A DNA stretch of 54,299 nt, taken from NCBI GenBank assembly GCA_013416795.1, contig RQSC01000014.1:431400-485698 (forward strand). Reading direction: 5' to 3'. Under the pieces are notes generated by a model, which was not told where the DNA came from, made no database searches, and saw only the letters and a program-made list of their open reading frames with translations. Both the position numbers and the translations under genes were made by a program. The DNA comes from Prasinococcaceae sp. CCMP 1430 (lineage: Eukaryota; Plantae; Prasinodermophyta). Position 1 is the first letter of the stretch. Every line of letters begins with the position of its first letter. Positions 10,671 to 22,104 of this stretch are shown one piece after another.

Positions 10671-11714
10671 TCACTTCTTTCTTTGGCGCGATCGTGCGCA
10701 TCGTAGCAGCTTTGCGACATCGTCGTTGCCGAACGACTCGGCGATATCGAGTGCCGTGCGGCTGTCGTTCTCAGCAACGGTCATGGACGCGTCGGCGCCC
10801 GCGTCGAGCAGCGCTTGGGCGCAGTCGGCGTGGCCATCCCGGGCAGCGAGCATGAGCGCAGTCCATCCATTGTCGTTGGTCTTGTCCGTGTCGGCGCCCG
10901 CGTCGAGCAGCGCTTGGGCGCAGTCGGCGTGGCCTTCCTGGGCAGCGAACATGAGCGCAGTCCAATCGTCGTTGGTCTTGTCCGTGTCGGCGCCCGCGTC
11001 GAGCAGCGCTTGGGCGCAGTCGGTGTGACCTTTAAAGGTTGCGAGCATGAGCGCAGTCCATCCCTCGTCGTCTTTCATGTCCTTGTTGGCTCCCGCCCCG
11101 AGCAGCAGCCGAACGCAATCGAGGTGGCCACATATGGCTGCGATCATCAATGCAGTGGGGCCATCTACTGCGGCGTTCTTGTCGGCGCCCGCCTCGAGCA
11201 ACATCCGGAGACACTCCGCATGGCCAAAACCGGCTGCGAGCATCAACGCAGTACGGGCACCCTTTCCTACATTTTCCTTGTTGACGCCTGCCTTGAGCAG
11301 TACTTGGAGGCAGTCGACGTGCCCTTCAATGGCTACCATCATCAACGCAGTAAAGCCATCAGAATTCTCAGCCTCAAGATCTGCGTGGCGCGAGAGTGCG
11401 TGCCTGACTGCGCGCTGCTGGCCGTCCCCTGCGGCACGCACGAGGACCTCGTCTGCGCCGCACTGCTCGACGAGCGCATCGAGGGCCCAGCCGAGATCCT
11501 TTCGCGCGGCATCGCGATCCTCTCGCGCCTCGCACACGGCAGTAGCGTTGACACCGAGCGCCTGTGTGGCGAGCAGCAGCGCGTGGCGCGTGCTCTCTGC
11601 CATCGCGGATCCTGAGCCCGAGGCGCGAGCGAGGTTGCCGCCGCCGCCGCCGCCGCCGCTACTGCCGCCCGCGGCGCCGCCGCTACTGCCGCCCGCGGCG
11701 GCGCCGTCCGCCAT
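10671..11714 (-). CDS. Ankyrin-repeat protein (about 7 repeats), paralogue A
   Basis: ATG 11714; repeated TALMxAAxxGHxDCxxxLLxAGAD; three near-identical ~96-99-bp repeats at about 10790-11050. Confidence 0.9.
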   Translation of the reverse strand: MADGAAAGGSSGGAAGGSSGGGGGGGNLARASGSGSAMAESTRHALLLATQALGVNATAVCEAREDRDAARKDLGWALDALVEQCGADEVLVRAAGDGQQRAVRHALSRHADLEAENSDGFTALMMVAIEGHVDCLQVLLKAGVNKENVGKGARTALMLAAGFGHAECLRMLLEAGADKNAAVDGPTALMIAAICGHLDCVRLLLGAGANKDMKDDEGWTALMLATFKGHTDCAQALLDAGADTDKTNDDWTALMFAAQEGHADCAQALLDAGADTDKTNDNGWTALMLAARDGHADCAQALLDAGADASMTVAENDSRTALDIAESFGNDDVAKLLRCARSRQRKK

Positions 11715-12376
11715 CTTGGACTGCACGAATGCGCCAGCACGCGTGCTCGTCTATGCACGCGGTCGACTCGGAAGACGCGGCCGCCGGGGGGGAGGGGATG
11801 GGTGGGTGGTGGTGGGGGGGCTGCCACTGTGCGCGCGCAGTGGCGCCGCGCTGCGCGCGCAAAAACGCGCCGCTGTCACATCGGTCGCGACTGCAAATAC
11901 ATCAAAATGCACGCGGCCGCTGAGTGGCTCACTGAGCAGTTACCCGGAAGCGCCACAGTGCGCGCGCGGGTTGTGTCGAAGCCGCATCCCAGGGTACGCC
12001 GACGAGCCCGCCCCGCGCGGTGGGGGCTCGGCGAGAGCTGCGCGCGCACGTGTCTATGGGAGGGGCGCATCGTGGGCCGGGCGGCTCGACGGCCAGCTCC
12101 TTCTCCGGCCTGCGTCCCCGTGCGGCTGCGTGTTTGTCAATGCCGCCTGGGCGTTTTTTGGCGCGCGGCTGTTCGCATCGGAAAAAGCCTGGCGCTGACG
12201 CTAACAGCCCCCCCCCCCCATCCCATCTCGGCCCCGCGCGCGCGCCCGTGCGCCTCGCATCTCGCTCGATCGGCGCTCGCGCCATTCATGCTGTGCGTGC
12301 AGGTCCCCTGCGCTCGCTCCACGCCTCTGCTACCGTGCGCGAGTGGACGTTGTGCCGAGTCGTCGCTGCAGACGTC

Positions 12377-13069
12377 ATGTCCGAGGGCGAGGACGCGTTC
12401 GTCGGCGGGGGCGACCCGATATCGGAGGAGGCCGTCGTGGTCGAGGGCACTGACGTCGGTGATGAGCTCGTCGACGGCGGCGTGCCGATGGCGGCGCCCG
12501 CCGTCGGCATCTCCCCGGCGGGCGGCTTTGATGCTGGCGCTGAGAAGGCAGCCGCGGAGGAGGAGACCGTCGCCGGGGCGGGTGACGTTGCTGCTGGTGA
12601 TCCCACCGAGGGCGAGTTCGTCGACCAGGCGAACGCATCGGCTGTTGCGCCCCTCGACGACATTGGCGCGCCGCCTGCGACGGCCGCGCCCGCGCCTGGC
12701 GTCTCGGATGCCTACCGCGAGTGGCAGGAAGCCAACCGCTCGGCGCTCGCGGAGCGCACGGCCGAGGAGAGCGTGCGCAAGGACCAGCTCCGCCAGGAGG
12801 CGCAGGAGCGGCTGGCCTCGATGGCGGAGGAGCGCGCGCGAGTGCTCGCTCAGCGCCACGAGAACAACTTGCGCGACAACGAGGTCGCAGACGACACTCT
12901 CGCAAGCTCCATCGGCGCCACCGGGCGCGAGTGGGCGTGCATCGTCGACGTGTGGACCCAAAACTTCACTGTGAACACTCGCCGCGACCAGAGTCGCATG
13001 CGCGAGGTGATCATCAGGCGGCGCGACAAGGAACGGAAGGAGACGGCCCAGGCCGCCGCCGCGTTCTAG
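12377..13069 (+). CDS. CLC: Clathrin light chain
   Basis: Acidic disordered N-terminus, AYREWQEANRSALAER helix, REWACIVDV and C-terminal DQSRMREVII, matching the recalled CLC pattern (REW...W..I.....DLSRMR.IL). Confidence 0.78.
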   Translation: MSEGEDAFVGGGDPISEEAVVVEGTDVGDELVDGGVPMAAPAVGISPAGGFDAGAEKAAAEEETVAGAGDVAAGDPTEGEFVDQANASAVAPLDDIGAPPATAAPAPGVSDAYREWQEANRSALAERTAEESVRKDQLRQEAQERLASMAEERARVLAQRHENNLRDNEVADDTLASSIGATGREWACIVDVWTQNFTVNTRRDQSRMREVIIRRRDKERKETAQAAAAF

Positions 13070-13365
13070 GCCGGCCCATCGATGGATGGATGGTGCGAGA
13101 GAGCACAATATATTGCGTCAGGAGGAGGCACCCGCGTGAGCTGACCAGCTACTCCCGGGACCACGCCGCGGAGACGGAGGAAGGGGCCACTTCGCCTGCC
13201 GCTGCGAACGCGAGAGTGCACGCGCCCAGGGGACGTCACGCGGCGACGCGCGGCGGGCGGGCGCCGGCGCTCGTTACACTGCCGATCGATGACATCATTA
13301 AAAATTATGGCGCAGCAGGAGATGGCCCGCTGAGACCGAACGGTGGCGGCGCGCGCGCGCGGCGC

Positions 13366-14301
13366 TCACGGCGCCTGCGCGCCCGCGCCGCGCGGCGTGG
13401 GCTTCGGTTGCGATGGCGGCCCCGGGGGGGGCGCGAAGGCGATGTTGGGCGCTTGCGGCTTGGGCCTCGGCTCGCGCCCCTGCAGTATGGCATCGATGGA
13501 GTCGTCGACGGCCGCGCGGCCGAGCTCGCGGTTGAGGTGGTCGGCGCGCTTCCACTGCTCCACCTCCTCGAGGTCGCGGAAGCTCTCCACCTCCTCGCGC
13601 GTCATGCCGCGGTCCTCCACGGCGAGCATGTTCTCCATGTTGAAGTAGGCGCCCCACAGCGTCCTGCCCGCGTCGGTGCGCTTCATCCAGTGGCAGACCT
13701 CCTCGAGCGCGTAGAGCTCGGCGTAGTCTCGCGAGGCGCGCTTGGTCACCTGGGCGAGCGCGTCGACCGCCGCCCCGCTCGGGTTGACGCTGTTGCGCCG
13801 CATCCACTGGAAGGGCTCCAGCAGGCACACGAACGGCGGCTCCGGCTCCATGGCGAGGCGGCGCAGCGCGATCGTGACGAGGCACTTGCCGGTCGGCGGG
13901 CACCTGCCCTCCGTCTCCATCCACGCGACGACGTCGGCCGCCGCCTGCGGCTGGCCCACGCGGCTGAGGCACACCAGCACGGACGTCCAGCCCTCCATGT
14001 CGAGCCTCGTGCCGAACTGCCGCAGCGCCGCCGCGACCGGCACGCCCTGCGCGGCGCACACGAGCACGGCGTGCGCGGCCTCGGCGTGCATCCCCTCCTC
14101 GTTCTCGAAGTCGTCGTAGGCCTCGCCCGCGGCGAGCGCGGCCTCCAGCAGGTCCTTGGACTCCGAGCCGTCCCCTCCGTCCTGGTCGCGCTCGGCCGGC
14201 GCCGCGGGGGCGTCCGCCGCGGCCGCCTGCGCCGCGGGCGCNGCGGCGGGGGTCGGCGCGCGCGCGGCGGGGGTTGCCGCGCCCACGGCGAAGAGCCCCA
14301 T
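13366..14301 (-). CDS. Protein with about two degenerate PPR-like motifs; N-terminus uncertain (N at 14242)
   Basis: WTSVLVCLSRVGQPQAAADVVAWMETEGRCPP and LLEPFQWMRRNSVNPS resemble PPR helix pairs; GC3-rich codons; TGTAA (TTACA on +) at 13274-13278. Confidence 0.55.
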   Translation of the reverse strand: MGLFAVGAATPAARAPTPAXAPAAQAAAADAPAAPAERDQDGGDGSESKDLLEAALAAGEAYDDFENEEGMHAEAAHAVLVCAAQGVPVAAALRQFGTRLDMEGWTSVLVCLSRVGQPQAAADVVAWMETEGRCPPTGKCLVTIALRRLAMEPEPPFVCLLEPFQWMRRNSVNPSGAAVDALAQVTKRASRDYAELYALEEVCHWMKRTDAGRTLWGAYFNMENMLAVEDRGMTREEVESFRDLEEVEQWKRADHLNRELGRAAVDDSIDAILQGREPRPKPQAPNIAFAPPPGPPSQPKPTPRGAGAQAP

Positions 14302-15031
14302 GGCCTCCTAATGGCTTCTTTCTCGCTCCCTCTCTCTCTCTCGCTGCCCCTCTCTGCCCAGCTCGCCGGCGCGCCAGCCGCCGCCTCGGCCGCCGCCGCG
14401 CGACGTCCGCTCTCTCGCGCCCGCGGACCGCGGCGGGCGCGCAGGCGCGTGGTCTCGACCTCCAAGCGCGCGCCCCTTCTCCACACACACGCGCGCACAG
14501 CACAGCACAGCACAGCACGCCGCCCACCCTAACCCCGCCCCACGCTGCCCTCCCTGGTGCGCGCACCGCGAGCGCTGTGGCGTCCAGGCCGGCGGCCCGC
14601 AAACCGCCGCGCGGCTGGGCTGCGCGGCCTGCCGCGAGCCCAGTTCAGCTGACATTACAAGTCCAATATTCATTTGTATATTTTATCAAACCACGGGAAA
14701 CTCATTGATGTTGTGCTGCTGCCCGTGCGGCATTGTTTGTGATATACGCCGCTGCGCGGTGCTAGTTCATAGTCCTCAAAGTCCCTTTTGATTTGATATG
14801 ATTCACACGCCATACACAAAACCTGGTCAAAAAGTGACCGAGGTCTGACGAGACTCAAACTTCGCCCGTTACATTACGCGCGATGTGCTGGAGGGTGTTG
14901 CGGGCGGGGGAGGTGTGTGTGTGGGGGGAGGAGGGGGTGGCACAGCGGGCGCCGCAGGCGCGTGGTCGGTGGGTGGTGTGGTTCGGATCGGGGGCTGCAA
15001 CTCGCCCTCGTGAAGGAGGAATTGCGAGTAA

Positions 15032-16773
15032 TCGCTGCCGGCGGGGGGGGAGGCGCGCGCGTACGCGGGGCGCCTCGAGGCGGCCGTGGCGCGCGCGAGG
15101 GAGCGCGACCTCGAGACGCTCGGCATGCTCATACGGGAGCGGACCGTCACGATCGACGGCCAGGAGCTCTCGGACGACGCCAAGGCCGCGCTGCTGCGAT
15201 GCCACGCCGTGCTCGCCGAGCGCTTCCCGGATGCGCACGCGGCGGCGCGCGTCGACACCGTCAGCGACTACTCGCTGCTCTACGAATGGGAGGGCAGCGA
15301 CGCCGCCCTCGACCCAATCGTGCTCGGTGCGTGGAGCGCTTTTTTCTGTGCCTGTCTCGCTCTCTCGCTCGCTCTCGTCGGCACGCTGCTGCTGCCGCCG
15401 CCGCCGCTTCGCTGACTCCCCCCCGGCTCCCCCTCGCTCCCCCCCTCCCCCGTCCCACCGCGCCGACGCCGTCCCGCGCGCAGTCGCCCACCTGGACGTC
15501 GTGCCGGTGTCGCCCGAGCAGCACCGGCAGTGGTCGCGGCCGCCGTTCGGCGGCGTGGTCGAGGGCGGCGTGGTGTGGGGGCGCGGCGCGCTCGACGTCA
15601 AGGGCCGTGTGGTGGCGCACCTGGCGGCGGTCGAGGCGCTGCTCGCGGCGGGCGTCGAGCGGCCGCGCCGCACCGTCTTCTTGGCGTACGGCCACGACGA
15701 GGAGATCGGCGGCGCCGCCGGCGCCCGCGCGATCGCGGCCGAGATCGAGCGGCGGCTGGAGGGCAGGCGCATCGCCGCGCTCGTCGACGAGGGCGGCGCG
15801 GTCGCGTCGGGCGCCGTGCCCGGCATGGGATCGCTGGAGGGGGCGATGGTGGGCGTCGCGGAGAAGGGGGTGTGCAGCGTGAAGCTGCGCGCGTCGAGCA
15901 TGGGGGGCCACGCCGCCTGGCCGCCGCTGGGGGGCACGCCCGTGACGGCAGTGGCGCGCGCCGTCGCCGCGTGGCACGCTGCGCAGCCCCCGCCGCGCGT
16001 CAGCGCGCCCGTCGTGGAGATGCTCGAGCGCGCGAGCCCGCTGGTCGGCGAGCCGTGGCGCACGCTCTTCGCCAACCTCGACCTGGCGGGCGGCCTCCTC
16101 GCGCGCGCGCTCGCGTCGCACTCGGAGAAGGCCAACGCGCTCGTGCGCACCACCTACGCGGCCACCATCGCGCGCGCGGGCGAGAAGAACAACGTGGTGC
16201 CCGCCTCGGCCGAGGTGACGCTCAACCTGCGCGTGCTGCCGGGCGACACGCTCGAGGGCGCGCTCGAGGCCGTGCGGCGCGTCGTCGAGCCGCTCGGGGT
16301 GCGCGCCGACCTCGACGCCTCGGCGATGCGCGCCGACCCCGCGGCCGGCCGCGTGAGCGACAACCTCGCCGCGTGGGAGGCGCTGGAGCGCTCCTTCCAC
16401 CGCGTGTACGGCTTCGACGGCGTGGTGGTGCTGCCCTTCATCATGTGCGTGCGCGGCGTCGAAAGCGTCTGTCTGTTTGTCTGGTGTTTTTTTTTTATGG
16501 TGTGTGTGTGTGTGTCAAGCGAGCGCGTCGAGGCGCCCGGGGCGACCGCCGCTGACAGGAGCGCCGCCGCCGCGGCGCTCGCTGCCGTGCAGGTTGGGCA
16601 CGACCGACTCCAAGCACTTCGTCGGCCTCTCGGACGCCGTCTACCGCGTGGGCCAGCGGATGAGCGACGCGGCCATCGCCTCCGTCCACGGCGTGGACGA
16701 GCGGGAGACCGCGGAGGGCATCGCCGAGCAAGCGCTGCTGTTCGAGTCGTTCATCGAGCTTTACGCCATCTAG
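15032..16773 (+). CDS. M20 metallopeptidase (PM20D1/carboxypeptidase S-like); exons ?-15326, 15484-16444, 16593-16773; 5' end unresolved
   Basis: YSLLYEWEGSDAALDPIVL-VAHLDVVP, GRGALDVKG, GHDEE, DEG, GGHAA, GTTDSKHF, VHGVDER; two GT-AG introns restore the frame. Confidence 0.9.
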
Positions 16774-16934
16774 CGAGCTGGGGGGGGGGGGGTGGATGGT
16801 GGCCGAGCGAGCCAGGCTGCGGGTGGGCGGGTGGGCGCGTGGGCGGGCGGATGAGCCAGGGCGTCGCGCTGTGCAGGGCCCCTGCTGTCTGTGGTGAAGA
16901 GCGCGCCCATGTCGGCCGCCTCAAGTGGTACTAA

Positions 16935-17837
16935 CTATGTTTGAGCTTTAACGTGGTGGCGACATCGAGCTGTGAGCACCGCGACGCAGTGATCGTCGCC
17001 GATCTCTGCTGCGTAAATTAAGGCAGTCTTGCCGTCGTTGTCCACCTTGTTGGCGTTGGCGCCCGCCTCGAGCAGCAGCCGGAGGCAATCCGTACCTTCG
17101 CCAGAGTCCACTGCCCAGAACAACGGAGTCCAGCCAAAGACGTCTGCTTTTTCCGTGTCTGCGCCCGCCTCGAGCAGCAGTCTGAGGCAATCCGTACCTG
17201 CGCCAGAACCTACTGCCCAGAACAACGGAGTCCAGTCGTTGCTGTCTGCTTGTTCCGGGTCGGCGCCCGCCTCAAGCAACAGCCGGAGGCGGTCGATGTC
17301 GCCAGCTATGGCTGCGCGCGAGGTCGCGGGCAAGCGCCAAGCGTCCATCGCGGCGAGCTCGCACTCCGCTCGCGCCTCGCGCACGGCGGCAGCGCTGACG
17401 CCCATCACCTGGGCCACCAGGAGCAGCGCCTGGCGCACACGCTCCGCCGACGTGGCGCGAGGGCCGTCGGCTCCGTCGCAACCGTCTAAAGAGCCGCCGA
17501 TGCGATGGCCGCTGCTTTTGCCTGCGGCACCGACTTGGCGGCACTGGCGCCCGTGTTGCTCCCGCGGGCACCACACTAGTGACCAAGGAGGATCGCGACC
17601 ATGCTTGCGCAGCCACGATTTGAGGTGCCAGACACATATCTCATCACACCAAGCCCGAGTCCGTATCGCGTCAAGATCCTCTTGCGCCTCGCGCACGGCA
17701 GCTTCGTTGACGCTCACCGCCTGCACGGCCAGCAGCAGCGCATGGCGCGCGCTCTTCGCCGATGCGGAGACCAAAGGCCGAGGGTCGCCACCGGCGCCGC
17801 CGCCGCTGCTGCCGCCCGCGGCGGCGCCGTCGGCCAT
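16935..17837 (-). CDS. Ankyrin-repeat protein (about 4 repeats), paralogue B
   Basis: ATG 17837; same MADGAAAGGSSGG start as paralogue A; WTPLFWAV...DCLRLLLEAGAD repeats. Confidence 0.88.
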   Translation of the reverse strand: MADGAAAGGSSGGGAGGDPRPLVSASAKSARHALLLAVQAVSVNEAAVREAQEDLDAIRTRAWCDEICVWHLKSWLRKHGRDPPWSLVWCPREQHGRQCRQVGAAGKSSGHRIGGSLDGCDGADGPRATSAERVRQALLLVAQVMGVSAAAVREARAECELAAMDAWRLPATSRAAIAGDIDRLRLLLEAGADPEQADSNDWTPLFWAVGSGAGTDCLRLLLEAGADTEKADVFGWTPLFWAVDSGEGTDCLRLLLEAGANANKVDNDGKTALIYAAEIGDDHCVAVLTARCRHHVKAQT

Positions 17838-18391
17838 CGTCGACTGCACGAATGCGCAAGCACGCGTGCGTGTGTGCGCGCGCGCGCGTCCCGTGCGGCG
17901 GCTGACTCGGGAGAGGCTGTCGTTGTCCGGGAAGGTGGGGGGGGGGGGGCGCTGCCAGCGCGCGCGCAGTGGCGCCCCGCCATGGCCACGGGCGCGCGCA
18001 AAAAAAGCGCCGCTGTCACATCGGTCGCGACCGCAAATACATCAAACTGCATTCGGGCATTCAGCGCATGCTATTTGATGTCGATATCGGTACATTTATC
18101 GCCCGTGGGTAAAATTATAATCTTTTCTGTTTCTTTATCCTCAGAGCCCTGCGGAGCTCCTCAGCGGCAGCCGACGCGGGCTCGCGCCACACGCCGCGCG
18201 CGCGCCGGCCGCGCACATCCACCCCACCCTCCCACAGTGCCACGGCGCAACGGTGCCTCCCGTGCCGCGCGGGCGCCGTCAGACCACCGCCGCCGCTGTT
18301 GAGAGCTGCTGCAGCGTCAGGCGTGGGCAAAGCTCCGCCCCGCGCGCGCCCCGCGGGCGTCGGCGCTCTCGTGGCGGGCGACGGCGCGGCG

Positions 18392-18882
18392 ATGGCGGCG
18401 CCGGGCGCAGCGGACGTGCTCAAGAAGGAGGAGGAGCAGCTGCGGTCGGTGATGAAGCGCAACGCGCTGCGCGCGTGCGACGGCGCGGTCAAGGCGTACG
18501 TCGACTGCACGAAGGGTGCGTCCTGCGGCGCGGCGGCTGCGCGCCGCGCGTTCTCTGCTCTCTGCTGCGCTCGCGCTCGCGCTCGCCCGCGAGCCCGCGA
18601 AAGGGATTGTCGGTCGCGCCGCCGCCGCCGCCGTCGACGGCGACGCCAACGCCCCGACCGCCGCTCGCCCTCCTTCAATCCGGGCCTGTGCATCCGCCCT
18701 CGCCTGACGCTCGCGCGGCCGGCTCGCGCGCAGCCAACTTCCTGAGCGTCGTGTGGACGTGCCGCCCGGCGCTCAGGGCGATGAACGAGTGCCTCCACCT
18801 GGAGACCACCGACGCCAAGCTCGAGGAGCTCAAGGCGGACTACGCGCGGAGACGGGGCCAGGAGGGTCTGGAGCAGGGATAG
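18392..18882 (+). CDS. CMC1: Twin CX9C mitochondrial COX assembly protein (Cmc1 family); exons 18392-18515, 18734-18882
   Basis: 90-aa spliced product EEQLRSVMKRNALRACDGAVKAYVDCTKANFLSVVWTCRPALRAMNECL: two CX9C motifs and the family SVVWxCR motif. Confidence 0.85.
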
Positions 18883-19007
18883 GGGGGGCGCACGGGGCGC
18901 TCGGGGCGCGCCGCGCCGCGCCGCGCGCTGGGCGCGTCGCAGTACACATCTCGCGTCCCCCTTATTACGGTACACTGGCTGGCGCGTGGCCGCGGACGCA
19001 GCTCGGC

Positions 19008-19774
19008 TCAGTCCGCCGCCGCGCGCGGCAGCGCGCTCGCGACGGCGCCGAGCTCGTCCGCGAAGGCGAGCTTGGCGCGGTTGGAGCGCCCACCGATGAG
19101 CAGCACGCCCTCGCGCTCGAGCGCCCACACCTGCGCGTGCGAGGCGTAGCTGAGCACGGTGGTGAGCATGAGCCCGCCGAAGCCCGCGTAGACGTACGGC
19201 ACGCCCGGGTCGGACTTGACCTGCACGCCCGTGGAGCCCTCGATGCCCTCGATCACCAGCGTCATGCCGCCGGCCTCGATGGGCTTGCCCGACGTCACGC
19301 GGCGCACGCCCACGAACTGGCCGTCCTCGCCGTACACGTACACCTGCTGCATGTCCTTGGCCACCACCGTCGCGCCGCGGCGCTCGCCCCTGAGCACCGA
19401 GCCCGGCGCCGGCACGAAGGTGCCCCACGTCTTGTCGTCGCCGCCGCCGTTGGCCTGCTCGAAGGCCGGCACGGCCGCCAGGTCGGCCAGCGGCAGGCGC
19501 AGCGCGCGGTCGGCGCCGTCCACGCGCACGCGCAGCGCGCTCATGCCCCAGCTGGTCTGGTAGATGGTCAGGCCGTTCACGCGCAGCGGGTCGTTCACCG
19601 AGATGCGCTTGCGCTGCAGCTGGCGCCCCGAGAGGTCGTCCACCACGCTGAGGTCCGAGTAGAACTGGCTCACCTTGCCCGCCGGCGTGTACTCGATCTC
19701 GAAGTCGTTGACGCGCAGCGAGAGCCCCCCCGCGGCCGCCGCGCCGCCGCCGCCGTCGCGCTTCTTCAGAGTGA
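19008..19774 (-). CDS. CCS1: Plastid cytochrome c biogenesis protein CCS1/ResB, 3' part; 5' lost in poly-G
   Basis: LRVNDFEIEY...QFYSDLSV...ISVNDPLRVNGLTIYQTSW...STGVQVKSDPGVPYVYAGFGGLMLTTVLSYASHAQVWAL...GGRSNRAK. Confidence 0.92.
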
Positions 19775-19775
19775 N

Positions 19776-20630
<855 letters not shown>

Positions 20631-20919
20631 ACCGGGCCGGCGGGTTGCGCGCGCTGTGGCGCGACGACGGCGCAGCCAAGCCCTCGCGGCCATGGGCAGG
20701 TGCTACGTGATGGTGCTCAGGAATGGGGGGAATGCCCAACCTCGGGTCACATCAACCTTCCACTCCGGTTCGTCCAGATGCATGTCGGCTACGCTCGCTG
20801 GACTCGAAAGAAAATTACCCGGGTCACGCGGGTCAGCACGCCCGAGTCTGAGCAAGTGTTGCCCCGGATGAGTTGACATCAATGTATGGCAAAGTTTTCG
20901 GCCCCCGTCACATCAGTGG

Positions 20920-21011
20920 GCTCCCATAGTCTAGGTGGTTATGACAACAGACTCTGACGCAAATCTATGCACAGCTATCTGTAGGCCTGGGTTCGACTCC
21001 CAGTGGGAGCT
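20920..21011 (+). tRNA. trnQ-CUG: tRNA-Gln(CUG) with a 19-nt intron at the canonical 37/38 site (20958-20976)
   Basis: Acceptor GCTCCCA/TGGGAGC; D-arm GTC/GAC; anticodon stem ACAGA/TCTGT with CT-CTG-A; T-arm CTGGG-TTCGACT-CCCAG; discriminator T; TTTTTT terminator 21013-21018. Confidence 0.93.
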
Positions 21012-21112
21012 CTTTTTTCCCCGTTGTATCTGAGTCTCCCGTGGGTAAGTTATATTACTATTTACATTACACATCGCATCGCATATGTCCTGTCATGCCT
21101 CTGTCACGCATC

Positions 21113-21130
21113 TTTTTTTTTTTTTTTTTT
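21113..21130 (-). repeat. T18 run (poly-A on minus) at the edge of a lower-GC island
   Basis: Direct count of 18 T. Confidence 0.9.
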
Positions 21131-22104
21131 ATGCCAAATTGCCCACTGAACCACCGCAGCGACACGCAAAGTCGTCGATGGAGATGCCCAGCCTTTCGCC
21201 GCACGCGCGAGCGCTAGCACGCGGATCGCCTTGGCGGAAATCTTCCGGCCACCGTTCTCCACTTCCTCGACGCCCTTCCGCTACGTGTCGAGCCACTTTA
21301 TCATGCCCTTGGCATGCTTGTGGCGGCTCTTCTCCTTTTGCTCCGCGGACTGGGATGCCATGGTGGCCGTGAGAAGCTCGCCAAGGGAAGCCCACCAACG
21401 CAACTCTCCTCAGGGCCCGATGGAAGGTGGCGTCACTGGTACACGAACATGTCTAAAGAAGACTTCGAAGAGCTCACGAAGAGGCGCGTGGGGGGCAGTT
21501 GCGCGAGGACCGTATGTCGCGGGCCTAGCTCATCCTTGTCGAAGGCTCCGTCGTCATCAATGTATCTCTGTGTTGACATCCCCTACGGCGACACGCTCGC
21601 ATTTGTGCGCGTCATGCCGAAATCGAGCGGAGAGGTCGCCTTGGGGACCGACTCGATGTGCGTGGCTCTAGGCAACAAGGTGACACGAGCTACGAATCGC
21701 GCACCGCGAGGAGCCTTGCGCGATCCACGGGAAGGCCTTCCGTCGTTTTTGCTGACCGCTCTCATCGGATCGCACCTCTTTTTTACGGAATGACGGGGGC
21801 GAATCGCACACGAAATCACGTCGCCCACGCGCGCGCGCACGACCTGGTTCCTCAACAGAAGACCCCGGTGTCCAAATCCAATAAACCCGGGACGGCAAAG
21901 CGAGTCATTACATCCGCATCCGAGGACCTGGTTCCCTATATCCGCATTGGTGAAATAGACCCTTTACCTTTTGGTCCCAATAACGACAATGCATCCCCAA
22001 ACCGCCGAACGGCATCGCGCGGGCGCTGCGCTGCAGCGCCACAGCAGACCCCCCCCTCGCCGCCGGCCGCTCCTGAGACCTCCTCAACCACGCGCTCAGC
22101 TGCC

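Noticed and set aside
10515-11028. C-terminal extension of the 908-aa kelch ORF
   Set aside because: Arises from the inverted-duplication frameshift and runs antisense through the ankyrin gene.
10671-17837. Endogenous giant-virus origin of the ankyrin genes
   Set aside because: No viral hallmark genes nearby and flanks are conserved eukaryotic genes; not excluded without a search.
21281-21283. TAG read-through by the neighbouring tRNA-Gln (non-standard code)
   Set aside because: The anticodon is CUG, not CUA, and several clear genes here end in TAG (e.g. clathrin light chain, CMC1, M20 peptidase).
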